A DNA stretch of 64,000 nucleotides from the human T2T-CHM13v2.0 reference genome, Homo sapiens: assembly GCF_009914755.1 (NCBI RefSeq), contig NC_060925.1; one strand, written 5' to 3'. The notes under the pieces are model-generated. The model ran no database searches. It saw only the letters and a program-made list of their open reading frames with translations, and was not told where the DNA came from. The translations under genes were made by a program, and so were the position numbers. Positions 13,681 through 27,302 of this stretch are shown here, piece after piece (the first letter of the stretch is position 1; each line of letters starts with the position of its first letter).

Positions 13681-14408
13681 AAAACAAAAAAGCTCTAACA
13701 CCATGGCTCTGTGGTACTTTGCTACAAGTAATAGGTTCAGAAATCCTTAACAATGGCTTCCACAATTTGAGACATCTTAATCTCAACAGAGTGAACAGCC
13801 CAGATTCCCAAAAGAGGAAAAATGTGTGAAATAAACACAACTTTGTAAATGTTCAAGATTGATTTCAGGGAGTACGGTGGGGGTAGCTGAGGTGATTGGT
13901 ACAGAAATGGAAAGAGAATGCTTTCTCAATGTCTTTGGACAGCAGGAGGAGGGTGATTTGGAAATGACTCTGCCTGACTTGAGAAGAAGGAAGAAGCATG
14001 CTGGGTCATTTTTGCCTTGTTTCTAGCTGCATGAATTGAAAAGCCAGGCCCAGGTTCAATGCATCATTCTTGAAGCAGTGAACAAAATCCCTCTTTGTTC
14101 CCCAGTGAAACTTATCTCTGAAGAGCTGCACTACTTCCTGTGAGATATAGCCCTGCAGATGTGTCGTGGGAGACCCGCCCGGCTGCACTGCCTTCCATAA
14201 AAGTGCAAGAATGGGCACTTTGTACTGCTGGACTGAAAATGACACTCACTCTTCTGATCCCCACTGGGGTTACCAAGTGGGCAAAACTTCCTGCTTAGAG
14301 GAGGGGTCATAGACAGCAGGGGGAGTGTGTGATTTTGTTTTGTTCCTTTGTGAATTTGTTTAGCTATTTATAGAGCTAAAGGAGAAAGCAAACGGGCACA
14401 ATGTAGCA

Positions 14409-14643
14409 CAGTGTTTTTCAAAGTGTATTCCATGGAACCCTTTCGTGGGTTGCAGACCCCAGGGGTGGAGGCAGAGGATGGGGTGGTGACAGCAGCAGGT
14501 GCTGTCCAGGGCCTTCTGTCTCCCTCACCCCCTACACTAACTACAACCTTTAGAGCAGTTCTACTTCTAACCATGTAATGTGGTGGGCTGATACTGTTTC
14601 ATTCAAAGACTTTCACAGTCAAAAAAGTGTTTGAAAAACACAG
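14409..14643. mobile_element. Non-autonomous hAT-Charlie MITE
   Basis: TIRs CAGTGTTTTTCAAA (14409-14422) and TTTGAAAAACACAG (14630-14643), 13/14 complementary. Confidence 0.7.
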
Positions 14644-14869
14644 ATGCCATAAGAAGATCCTATAGGATAAGAATCATCCAGAATTCTATTCTCAATTTTC
14701 TTAAAATATAGATGTGTAATTTTGAGTCATTCATTTCAACCCTGATCTTAGTCTCTTCATCAATAGAATGAGGAGGTTCTGACAGCATAAAACTTTTAAG
14801 TGTGAACACTGCACTATGCTTATAACACTTATCAGACTGATTCCAACAGAGAGGATCCTCCACACGTAT

Positions 14870-15050
14870 TCACTTTGATAGATATTTATTAACATACACT
14901 TGGAGTCAGGCACCATCTTAATCTTGGGGAGGCAAAAATGGAAAACAAAATGCCTGCCCTAAAGAAGTTCACAGTCTGAGCTACAGACAGGAAACTAATT
15001 TAATTATTACAATAAAAGATGAAAGGTGCTATGTTCAGAGAAGGGTTAGT
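14870..15050 (-). mobile_element. L2 fragment
   Basis: ATATTTATTAAC...AGGCACCATC...CCTGCCCTAAAGAAGTTCACAGTCT. Confidence 0.6.
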
Positions 15051-15444
15051 TATTTCGAAACGTGGATACCAAAATGTTTTCTGGGAGAACTGTTGAACTA
15101 ACTCTAGCATAAAAGTAGCCTCAGACCTTAAATAAGCAATCTACTCTGATTTTAGAAGCCTAAAGAAGGAATACAGGACACCATAAGAGATAGTCAAAGG
15201 ATAGCTAGAACAAGAGCAACCCTAGGTGACAATAATTTAGTGTCCAGGATAGTGTTCAAATCAGCCATCATACGTTACCTATTTAGAAGGAGCTAAAAAG
15301 AGGAAGGACTCTAGAAGGGAGAAAAGTAAACACTTCCAAAATGCTTACCTTTACTCTTGCCATCCCTAAGTTAAGGGTTCATGGGCTGATCCTTTGCACT
15401 GCACAAAATACAACTGTGTTATATCAGGAGCTTAAATGATGGCC

Positions 15445-15700
15445 CCGTGGTTCAAGTGAAATGGTTTAGTTAAAAGAACACTTGAAGCAAACACATCTGG
15501 GCTATATCCCAGCCCCACCACCCACTAGCTGTGTGAGTTGGGGCAATTTGTTTAACTTTTGTTATCCTGTCTTTCTCCATTTGTAAAATGGAATGGTAAT
15601 ACCTACTTTCTGGGATTAGTTTGCCACCCAGGTCTGGAGTTTCCTCATCTAAAAAATTCATGAATTATATTAGATGTTCTCTGAGGTCCTTTCAAGCACT
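15445..15700 (+). mobile_element. MIR/MIR3 fragments
   Basis: CACTAGCTGTGTGAGTTGGGGCAA...TGTAAAATGG and TTTCCTCATCT...CTCTGAGGTCCTTTC. Confidence 0.65.
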
Positions 15701-16219
15701 AAAGTAGTTTTTCTGAAATTGCTACTAGAGTATAAGGAAGTTCTTCAGTGCAGGCTGAATTTTCACCACAAAAAAAAGATAGTAGGAAAAGCATCAAATG
15801 CTTTGGAATACTTTAGATCAAAGGAAGAATTGGTTACAATAAAATAAATACAGCTTTCTCCCAGAAAAATAATCGGAAAAGAAGGAAACTCCCTGTAAGA
15901 TGATTTAATTTTCCATTAATGTACAATAAGAGGCTCTTTCTGACATTCCTAAAATTAAGTGGGTACCAGCAGACAGTACTTGATACACAGAAAGCCACTG
16001 TTGGTGCTATTAAAATTTATGGGCTATTTAAACAGTGCTCTTATAAGGGACATTAATTTTTCTCCAGTGGGAAAAATAAGCTATATAAAATTGATGCCTA
16101 GATAATCAAAAAGGGGGAAAAGACTGTGCAGTTGGGAAAAAATAATAAGAGAGCATCAAAATTTTCTAATTCTGTGTTCATGTAGTAACTATTAATGGCA
16201 TAAGATATGAATGTATTTA

Positions 16220-16837
16220 TGCTGGATTGTTCTATTGTCAACTTGTTAAACTAGAAACTTTGTGTCCTAGAATTCCTTCTTAATATGATTCTGAGTTCAG
16301 GTCAGTTAAAAGAGGAACTTGTGTGAGATTTGAGTAGCAGAGGTTGAATAATGAGCATTACTCTTTGAAGGTCATATTGTGGTCAGACACACAGACAGAC
16401 ACAGAGATCCACTGGTTTCCAGTTTATCCTTACTCTTCTATTCATGTCCAATTCTTCTTCCATACCCCAGGCTTTGTTGAACAACAGCAGCCCAGGCTTA
16501 CTGTCAAGACACTGCTGGGAGAGTCACACATGCAGTAGCTACACAGAGGCAACAACTACTCGCTAATTTCACTGTGAGCTGCTTCCTCATAGTCCTACCT
16601 CAGTGGCTGGTCATGTTTGCCTTCTTGAGTACCCCTGCAAGCTCCAGCTTGTCCGGTTGCACCGATGCTTCAAAAAGATCGGTTAGTGACACATTTCTCT
16701 GATACGTCAGCCCTCTTTCTGGAGCTTCATTTCATCAGCTCCTTCCACAATTGTATAAAGTCTAATTCCTATAACCAATCCCTTATCCAAACACTCACAG
16801 GAGCTCTGCTTCCCTGACTTGTCCCTGGCCAATAAAG
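16220..16837 (+). mobile_element. MLT2-family (MLT2E/F-like) ERVL LTR
   Basis: Starts GGATTGTTCTATTGTCAACTTG...AAAAGAGGAACTTGTGTGAGATTTG and ends ATAACCAATCCCTTAT...CCCTGGCCAATA. Confidence 0.7.
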
Positions 16838-17087
16838 AAAATTTTGCATAAAAGTCAAAAGCTGCCGTAACATAAAACATAAAATATGTGGCATTGCCTT
16901 TGAGACTGGCAAGCAAGCAGAGGTTGGAAGAGCAATTAGGACATTGTTTTCAGGGACTAAAAGAGCAGTGATCAAATTGTTCTTGGAGGGCAGATAAGGA
17001 GCAAAACATATCATATAATAGTGAAACAATTGGCAAAGCTGTCACTTGTGGTAATTTGGAAGACAGACTATATACCTAATAATCTAG

Positions 17088-17421
<334 letters not shown>

Positions 17422-18040
17422 TCCAAACAGACTTTTGAAAGCCTCATTTGGCATCTTTTTATCTACATACAATAAGGTGCATTAACAGAGATAAGAACTA
17501 AAGAGAAAAATGACCAATGTTCAAGCAGAAGTTTTTTCATCTATATGCAAACAGTACTGGTATGAGCAAACACTTTGTGTGTGTGCATGTGCACATGTAT
17601 GTGTGCATGTATGCACATCTCAGGATTTACTGAATTGTAAAATAAAACTGTTTCACATTCCCCTAGTCTTTTGAACCAGTAAAACATTCTAAAATTAAGA
17701 ATTGGCCTCAGGGTAATAATCAAACTAAGCATGTGGTTATAAGATGCTTTATTAAGACCTCAGGAAAATTTAAGTTAGTGACTAATAGGTTCCCTCAGTT
17801 AGCAAAATGAGAGTTAAATATCTTAAGGATATCGACCAATAAGACTCATATTTGCACCATAAGATAAAAGTATTTCTCAAAAACACATATTGATACGGCT
17901 TTGGGACATGGACTAATAAGGTATATAGGAAACTCAAAAAAATTGTAACAGACTTGTACTAAGTAAAGCACTACAAAAATGAGCTGAAACAAAAGGGAAA
18001 CCATTCAAAATGAAAAGAGCCCTCTGGTTCCAAAACTTTC

Positions 18041-18333
18041 TTTTTTTAAAACTTTACTTTTAAGTTCAGGGGTACATGTGCAGGTTTGTTACATAGGTAA
18101 ACTTGTGTCATTGGGGTTCAATGTACAGATTATTTTATCACTCAGATATTAAGCCTAGTCCCCATTAATTATTTTTCCTGATCCTCTTCTCCTCCCATCC
18201 TTCACCCTCCGACAGGCCCCAGTGTGTGTTGTCCCCTTCTATATGTTCACGTATTCTCATTATTTAGCTTCCACTTATAAGTGAGAACATACACTATTTG
18301 GTTTTCTGCTCCTGCATTAGTTAAGGATAATGG
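18041..18333 (-). mobile_element. Short L1PA (about PA13-15) 3' fragment
   Basis: TTTTAAGTTCAGGGGTACATGTGCAGGTTTGTTACATAGG...CACTTATAAGTGAGAACAT. Confidence 0.9.
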
Positions 18334-18915
18334 CTGGCTCTGAAATTTTCTATGCAGAAATAGACTGATAATATGCTCATCTGCATACACAGGCCATCAC
18401 TTATCAAAAAAAGAAAGACCTCAGAGAGCTCTGTTGAAAAAAAAAAAAAAAGAAATGAAGAGCAAAGGAGAACAGTGAGTTAGAGAAGCACACTCAGGGA
18501 GCAGAACTGAACCCTAGTCAAGAAACATATTTTACTACCGGAGTAGGGTGCTCTGACATGTACCCTGCTGGATTCCAGAATTTCTATGGATCAGCTAATG
18601 CTATTTACCTTCCGAACCCCTCCTTTTTGAATATGCATGTCTTTTGCAGTTATCCTTTCCTAATATCACTATTGTATGTGGGGTGTGTGAGGGAAAGAGT
18701 CTTTGTCTTTTTAGTTCATAGGACTCTGGATCAAGAGCAACCACCCATAAGGAGACACATTAGAAGAATCTCATCTCCAACTAGACCTAATGCAGACAGT
18801 GAGATAATAGACTTCAAGCCTATGCCAAAATGGGATGAGGCTGTGGAACTCTTTAGAGAGAATGGATATATTTCATATATGCGAGGAATGTAAATAAGTG
18901 TGGCCAGAGGATATA

Positions 18916-19453
18916 CTCAGGAGGGAGGGTGTAAAAATGGCTACAAATCCTTTGAAGTTCCTACCACCAAGGCAGAAAGTCTAATTTCTACACCTCTTTC
19001 ATCTGGGATGACCTTGCAACTTCCAAGGTGAAGAGCAAGAGAAATTTGTTTTTTATTTTTTGTCTTCTTTAGCTTCTTAGTGTTTCTACCCTCATCATTG
19101 CAAGGTACAGTTTTCATTCTTACCTCGTACCCTCTTAGAACACTGCCACTCTATGAATAGACCCCAGGCTAGCCTCCTTAGGGATAAAACATTACGTGAT
19201 AAGAAAGACAAGTAGAGATAGAGAAAAGCAGCATTCACAACTGCTGCAGCCACCCTAGATGAGTCCCAGTTGTGCCCCAGATACATGAAGGGGCCATCTG
19301 GACCAGCCACTTCCTAGAAAACCCACCAATTATCTGAAACTGCATGAGTGAGCCCAGTCCAAATTGCCAACCCACAGAATCATGAATAAATAAATGGCTG
19401 TTTGAAAAACCACTAATTTTTAGGTGGTTTGTTGTGTAGCAATGGAAAACTGA
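18916..19453 (+). mobile_element. MLT1-family MaLR LTR
   Basis: AAAATGGCTACAAATCCTTTG start and CCCACAGAATCATGAATAAATAAATGGCTG...GGTTTGTTGTGTAGCAATGGAAAACTGA end. Confidence 0.8.
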
Positions 19454-20200
19454 GGTGGTTTCAGCAACACAAAACTTTACAACTGGAAATCTGGAATTGA
19501 TTGTATGGACTAGGGACTAGGGTAAGACAAGTGAGTTACTTAGATGCAAACATTAAGGAGACACTCACTCTCAGGGTGGTGCAAGTGCTCCTTATGTTTT
19601 ATACCCTAGATATTTGTAGTCTCTTCCCTAAATCTAGCCCCTGGTTTTCTAATCTGACTTGATTAAAAGGCATTAATGGCCAAATTGTCAGTGGTAAAAG
19701 GGACACTGCTAATCCACAGCATGAAGTGGAAAATTATTCCCTAAATTATCATCTGTACCACCTGGAGTCAAGTGCCTATGGAAGAGAAGGTCTTTGGGTA
19801 ACCAACTAGCTGCTGCCTTAGAATATTTTAGTAAAAACAGAGAGTTGGTATGTTGTTCCTAAGAGTGATGGAGAACTTGGTGAGGGAGCAGAAATGATGA
19901 ACTTAGGGCTTTAAATATCCAGTTATATGTCTGGTTAAAGAGCCAGAATGCTTCTAAACTAAAAGAAACCCTATCTCCTGTAACCACAGTTAGAGATTTC
20001 AGAAAACTAAACCAAAAATCTAATCCTAAAGGTATCTGAAATACAACACAAAATGTATCATAAGCTTATAGGATCTCTTGTATTACTGTTAAGGTATTGA
20101 ATGGGAAAGGGTGAGACCCTTGAAAAAGGATGGTCCATGGGGGCAGATTCCAGTGAAGTTGAGGACCTTGACCAAACTCAATTCTTCCGAGAATCCTTTG
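19454..20200 (+). mobile_element. ERVL internal sequence (leader/gag remnant)
   Basis: TCTGGAATTG...TCTAATCTGA...AATGATGAACTTAGGGCTTTAAA...AAAATCTAATCCT...GGGAAAGGGTGAGACCCTTG resemble the HERV-L/ERVL-E leader and gag. Confidence 0.7.
19508..19643. mobile_element. MER96-like hAT-Tip100 MITE inserted in the ERVL internal sequence
   Basis: GGGACTAGGGTAAGACAAGTGAG...TTAAGGAGACACTCACTCTCAGGG with a degenerate inverted right arm. Confidence 0.65.
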
Positions 20201-20367
20201 GCAGTAGAAACAACACTTCATCCATGATGCTTTTAGAAAAAAGCATGGTAAAGGAACTGAAACACATGATATCAAGAACATGGCTGGAAATGAGGTTACT
20301 TTGCCTAGGAAAGAATACATAAACAAGAACTTGAGAGTAGATGCAAATTATATGAAGGGCTATAATC

Positions 20368-21791
20368 CAAGGCTACAGTAACTAAAACAGCACGGTACTG
20401 GTACAAAAACAGACACATGGACCAATGGAATAGGTTATAGAACCCAGAAACGAAGCCACATACCTAAAACCACCTGATCTTTGACAAAGCCAACAATAGC
20501 AACAATGGGGAAAGGACTCCCTATTTAATAATGATGCCGTGATAACTGGCTATCCATATGCAGAAGATGAAAACTAGAACTCTACCTTTTACCATATACA
20601 AAAACCAACTCAAGATGGATTAAAGACTTAAATGTAAAACTATTAAAACCCTAGGAGAAAACCTAGAAAATATCATTCTGGACAATGGCCCTGGCAAAGA
20701 CTTCATGATGAAGACTCCAAAAACAATTGCAACAAAAACAAAAATTGACAAGTGGGACCTAATTAAACTAAAGAGCTTCTGCACAGCAAAGGAAACCATC
20801 AACAGAGTAAACAGACAACCTACAGAATGGGAGAAAATATTTGCACACTATGCATCTGACGAAAGTCTAATATCCAGAATCTATAAGGAACTTAAATCAA
20901 CAAGCAAAAAATAAAAAATCCAATTAAAATATGGGCAAAGGACATGCACAGACATTTCTCAGAAGAAGACATACACACAGCCAACAAGCATATAAAAAAA
21001 TGCTCAATATCATTAATCATTAGGGAAATGCATATCAAAACCAAAATGGGATACTATCGCACACCAGTCAGAATTGCTACTATTAAAAAGTCAGAAAAAA
21101 AAATGACAAATGCTGGCAAGGTTGCAGAAAAAAGAGAATGCTTATACATTGCTGGTGGGAATGTAAATTAGTTCAGCCACTGTGGAAAGCAGTCTGGAGA
21201 TTTCTCAAAGAACTTAAAATAGAACTACCATTCAACCCAGCAATACTATTACTGGGTATATACCCAAAGGAATATAAATTGTTCTACCATAAAGACACAT
21301 GCATGCATATGTTCATTGCAGCATTATTCACAATAGAAAAGGCATGAAATCAACCCAGGTGCCCATCAACAGTGGACTGGATAAAGAAAATGTGATACAT
21401 ATACACCATGGAATACTATACAGCCGTAAAAAATAATGAGGTCATGTCCTTGGAAGCAACACAGATGGAGCTGGAGGCCATAATCCTAAGCAAATTAAGG
21501 CAGGAACAGAAAACCAAATGCTGCATGTTCTCACTCATAAGTGGGAGCCAAATATTCAGTACACATGGACATGAAGAAGGGAATGAACAATAGACACCAG
21601 GGTCTACATGGTGGTGGAGGGCGGGAGTGGGGTGGGGGTTGAAAAACTACCTGTCGGTATTATACCGATTACCTGGGTGACAACATTATCTGTGCACCAA
21701 GCACACACAACATGCACTTTGCTGATGTAACAAACCTGCTCATCTACCCCTTGAACCTAAAATAAAAGTCGGAAAGAAAAAAAAAAAAAAA
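20368..21791 (+). mobile_element. L1PA15/16-like 3' fragment (ORF2 C-terminus, 3'UTR, polyA)
   Basis: ORF2 peptides [18 protein letters not shown] and [14 protein letters not shown]. Ends AACCTAAAATAAAAGTCGGAAAG-A(n). Confidence 0.95.
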
Positions 21792-23469
21792 CAGGCTCTG
21801 CTTCCAAAATTCAAGTGAAATGATTATGTCACCAAAAGATCTAGAGGTTAGAAATGAGATTCATGTTTCGGGAACATTGTAAAACAGACCAATGACTCGG
21901 TTGTGTTTTCATTAGACTCCTTTTTTTTTTTTTTTTTTGGCTATGGGCAAATGCTCATAAAATGAGGTATTATTTGAATATACGAATGCAAATTCAAGAA
22001 AGCCAGCAAAGCAGGTGAATAGTTTATAAGCGTACAAAATGAACCAAGCCCTTCTTCAGCCACTCAGTGTGTATACATACCAAAAGCCACATAATTACAC
22101 AGTAATTATGCAATTTCTAACTTGAGGCTTCAATATCCACACTGAAAATTATGTACCAGTTATATTTGGAACTGTTATAAGGTTTTAGAGAAGAATGAAA
22201 TTACCATGAATTAGCAACTTGTTGGCATCTTTAAGAAGACTTTAAATATTTAGTGTTGAAATGGACATGTTACAAGGGTCTGCATATGCATTAGCAACAC
22301 ATATCATATGTGCATTTGCACTGTATTTATAATTCTGTGTTTGCATGAATATGGATCTATTTACCTCACTGTTGTAAACATTCATAAAGATTACATCTTT
22401 TTTATTTTAGGTAAAAGTTTTGTTTTTCTAAATGTGTTTAGCCTGCACAATTTAGCTGAAGTGTTTCATTAATAAAATTTAAATGAGTTTAAAATAAAAT
22501 GAAGAAAAAAACTTTGTAAGAAGGTAGTATTCTGTTACTCTGTAAATCCTAGCTCTGAAAGTTGTAGGCACTTAGTTAGCAGACAGGCCTAACGGGAGCT
22601 TCACAGAGACTAACAGGGTCCTTGGCACACAAAGTGCTCAACCAGTGAGTGGTGGATAGATGAATGAATGAATATAAAAGTGGTTCACATGAGCTTTGGG
22701 CTAGAGTTAAGATCCCTTTTCCAAATAAGGGAACGTTGAGTGATATTTAGAAGATTCCAGTGGAGATCTAGAAACTACAGGTGCATATCCAAGTTATGGA
22801 CTGTTCCAGGCCCCTACCAGGGCAGTGATTTTGGACATAAGCTATTTTTCATTGTAACGAACATTGCTCCTCATCTAGCACCTACTCACACATGGCATGG
22901 GCGTAAAGTAAGCATGGTACAATAGAAAATCCCACCACTGTAGGATACCTCTGCAACATCCTGGACTCTCACCTTCCCTCTAAAAATGCCTCAAATAGTA
23001 GGAGAAAAAAATACAGATGAATAAGAGTTTGGGTTTCTCCAGTTCTTCGCCATCTCCACAAAGTGGAATCTACTCACTTCCCTAAGGAAAGCACAGCCAG
23101 CAAGAGCAGCAGCAAGCATTTCCTAAAAACCTGCCACGGGTAGACTTTCCTCACGGTGGGACATAAAGATGGAGACAGCATTGTTTCTTCTCTCACAGAT
23201 GAGCATATAGAGGAAACTACAGGAGAAGCAGTCACTGAGAGCTGGAGCAATAAAGTGAGGCTTTGCAGACAAAGTAAGTCATTAACTGGGCAATAAAAGA
23301 TACAGGGGGCAAGAACAGTAGGGCCATGTTAGATAGTGTAGTCCATGAGAACCACAAAATTTGAGTTAGGAATAGGTATGGACACTGGACACTGAGTAGA
23401 CCAATGTGACTGGACAAACAAGGGCAGGGAAACAATTGGAAATCAAGTCCTGCAGGTTTCCCTTAAGCC

Positions 23470-23665
23470 AACTGTTCTCAGTTTTGGCTATTCATTAAAA
23501 TCACCTGAGAAGCTTTTTGAAAAACAGACCGTATACAGATCCCATTCCTGGAGATTCTCATTTAATTGGTCTGGGATGAGGCCCAAGCATATTTGGGTTT
23601 TTGTTTGTTTGTTTGTTTCTTGCTCTGTAGGCAATTCTAACATGAGACAGGGTTGAAAATCATTG
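23470..23665. mobile_element. MER5A (hAT-Charlie)
   Basis: ATTAAAATCACCTGAGAAGCTT...AGATTCTCATTTAATTGGTCTGGGATGAGGCCC...GGTTGAAAATCATTG. Confidence 0.8.
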
Positions 23666-23889
23666 TCTAGGTCATCAGAATCCACCAGTGTTATGCAACT
23701 GGCATCACTTAAAAGACAGCTTCCAATACTCCTAAATGTTTTGCAACCCAAGTCCCAAATCCTTGGATGTAACGGAATTAATATTTTGTAAACCTCAAAC
23801 CAATGTCAATGTTTCAATTCCTCACTTAGCAGTCTTCTACCTGGAAGGCTGAGCAATGAGGCTTACCGCCACATTGAAAGAGAGCAGGA

Positions 23890-24150
23890 TATCACCTTAA
23901 ACAGTGGTATGGGGCTCAAAAGCCATGATCCAGATATTCTGACTCTGTGGTCTGAGGTGAAGCTCAGGCATCTGTGTTTCCCAAGCTCTCCTGGCCATTC
24001 TAACATTCAGATCCACTCTCAGAAAAGAGAGGACACTGAGTTTCCAACCCCCACCCCAAACCAGACCAACTAAATCAGATTCTTGGGGTGGACCAGGCCT
24101 GAGTGTTTTGTAAACCTCCCATGGTGACTACAGAGTGCTGCCAAGATTGT
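23890..24150. mobile_element. Two further MER5-type fragments
   Basis: ATTCTGACTCTGTGGTCTGAGGTG...GGCATCTG and AAATCAGATTCTTGGGGTGG...GGTGACTAC. Confidence 0.6.
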
Positions 24151-24379
24151 TTATCAGATAAAGCGGGGATTCCAGTGTTTTGTATGTCATGGCACACGTA
24201 GAAAATTATTCTATTTCATAAGGCACACTGGGGTAAATTAGAAGAAATTTAGGGGCTTGGTATATGAAAATATGGGGCTTGGTTTTAGAAAATAAATTTT
24301 CATTATAATATAACTATGATTTTAAAACATTAGCAATGATTATAAATTTAGAATTTATAATTTCAAAAATATTTTCACA

Positions 24380-24521
24380 AACTCCCTATTGGGTACTATG
24401 CTCATTACCTGGGTGATGGGATCATTCGTACCCAAAACCTCAGCATCACACAATATACCCACGTAACAAACCTGCACATATACTATTTGAGTCTAAAATA
24501 AAAGTTGAAATTATATTTTTA
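24380..24521 (+). mobile_element. Very short L1PB-type 3' end
   Basis: CCTATTGGGTACTATGCTCATTACCTGGGTGATGGG...TAAAATAAAAGTTGAA with a perfect 15-bp TSD AAAAATATTTTCACA (24365, 24522). Confidence 0.9.
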
Positions 24522-24587
24522 AAAAATATTTTCACATATTGTAATGCAAGACTGGAGCTTGTGTCTGTGACTAGAACTTCATTATAA

Positions 24588-24929
<342 letters not shown>

Positions 24930-25192
24930 TACACACAGTCTTTATCAAGATTTTTTTTTAAGTCTCTTCAAATTCTTAATAATCACTATGAAAAAGAAGT
25001 CTCTCTTCTATAAGTAGTTGATAAAAAAAATCAAACCACTTTTACAACTGTTAAAAAATGTGAAACAGTTAAAGTAATACAAATTACAATTATTATTTGT
25101 CGATTAAAAATAAAAATTTTAATAAGATTTTAAGGGCCTTCTTTTCTTTCATTGACAAAGATAATGAAATTTATTTTGAAAATGTGAATTGG

Positions 25193-26952
25193 CAATTGCT
25201 ACAAAGAGAATAAAATACCTGGAATACAGCTAACAAGGGAACTGAAGGACCTCTTCAAGGAGAACTACAAACCACTGTTCAAGGAAATCAGAGAGAACAC
25301 AAACATGGAAAAACATTTCATGCTCACGGATAGGAAGAATCAGTATCATGAAATTGGTCATACTGCCCAAAGTAATTTATAGGTTCAATGATATTCCCAT
25401 TAAACTACCATTGACATTCTTCACAGAATTAGAAGAAACTATTTTAAAATGCATATGGAATCAAAAAAGAGCTCATATAGCCAAGACAATCCTAAGCAAA
25501 AAGAATAAAGCTGGAGGCATCCCACTACTGGACTTCAAACTATACTACAAGGCTACAGTAACCAAAACAGCATGGTACTGGTACAAAAACAGATACATAC
25601 ACGAATGGAACAGAATAGAAAACTCAGAAATAAGACTGCACATCTACAACCATCTGATATTTGACAAATCTAACAAAAACAAGTAGTGGAGAAAGGATTC
25701 CCTATTTAATAAATGGTGCTGTGGGAACTGGCTAGCCATATGCAGAAAATTGAAACTGGACCTCTTCATTACACCTTACAGAAAAATTAACTCAAGATGG
25801 ATTAAAGACTTAAATGTAAAACCCCAAACTATTAAAAACCCTAGAAGAAACTCTAGGCAATACCATGCAGAACATAGGCACAAGCAAAGATTTCATGACA
25901 AAATCACTAAAAACAATTGCAACAAAAGTGAAAATTGACAAATGGGATTTAATTAAACTAAAGAGCTTCTGCACAGCAAAACAAACTATCATCTGAGTGA
26001 ACAGGCAACCTCCAGAGTGGGAGAAAATTTTTGGAACCTATGCATCTGACAAAGTTCTAATATCCAGAATCTACAAGGAACTTAAACAAATTTACAAGGA
26101 AAAAATAAATAAATAAAAAGCGGGCAAAGGACATGAACAGACACTTCTCAAAAGAAGACATTTATGTAGCCAACAAACATATGAAAAAACTCAACATCAC
26201 TGATCATTAGAGAAATGCAATCAAAACCACGGTGTGATACCATCTCATGCCAGTCAGAAGGGTGATTATTAAAAAGTCAAGTAACAACAGATGCTGACAA
26301 GGTTGTGAATAAATAGGGACATTTTTACTCTGTTGGTGGGAATGTAAATTAGTTCAACCATTGTGGAAGGTGGTGTGGTGATTCCTCAAAGATCTAGAAT
26401 CAGAAATACCATTTGACTCAGCAATCTCATTACTGAGTATATACCCAAAGGAATATAAATCATTATATTACAAGGATACATGCACACATATGTTCATTGC
26501 AGCACTATTCACCATAGCAAAGACATGGAATTAACCCAAATGCCCATCCATGATAGACTGGATAAAGAAAATGTGGTACATACACACTATGGAATACTAT
26601 GCAGCCATAAAAAGGAACAAAATCATGTCTTTTGCAGGGACATGGATGGAGCTGGAAGCCATTATCCTTAGCAAGCTAACACAGGAACAGAAAACCAAAC
26701 ACTGCATGTTCTGACTTATAAGTGGGAGCTGAACAATAGGAAAGCGTGGACACCGCTAAGGGAACACCACACACTGGAGTCGGGGGGTGAGGTTGGGGGA
26801 GGGAGAGCATTAGGTAAAATAACTAACGTATGCTAGGCTTAATACCTAGGTGATGGGTTTATAGGTGCAGTAAACCACCATGGTACACGTTTACCTATGT
26901 AACAAACCTGCATATCCTGCGCATGTACCCCGGAACTTAAAAAAATAAGAAA
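25193..26952 (+). mobile_element. L1PA (about PA8-11) 5'-truncated element, 1.76 kb
   Basis: ORF2 peptide [17 protein letters not shown]...AWYWYKNR. Perfect TSD GAAAATGTGAATTGG at 25178 and 26953. Confidence 0.95.
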
Positions 26953-27302
26953 GAAAATGTGAATTGGTATAGATATAAGTCAAATTTTCTCAAACCCAGT
27001 ATTTTAAACAGTGATGAAGCTATAAATATGCTCGCATGATTAGAGTAGTAATTCTGCAGCTTGCTTGAGGCCACTCAAAGGGTACAAAAAGAAGATGCCA
27101 TACCAGGACCCTCAACCATATCCTATTCCCCTCACTCATGTTCCTTGAGCTGAGCACTGCACTTCTAGAGCACCCTCAAACAGCTCCATAGATATGATCA
27201 GCAGGATGTTGAAGTACAGCTCCACGTTTCCAGACACCTGCTCATTGACACTTTCAGTGTCACAGTAGTCATAAATGTTGGCTGTCATGCCATAACCTAT
27301 TC

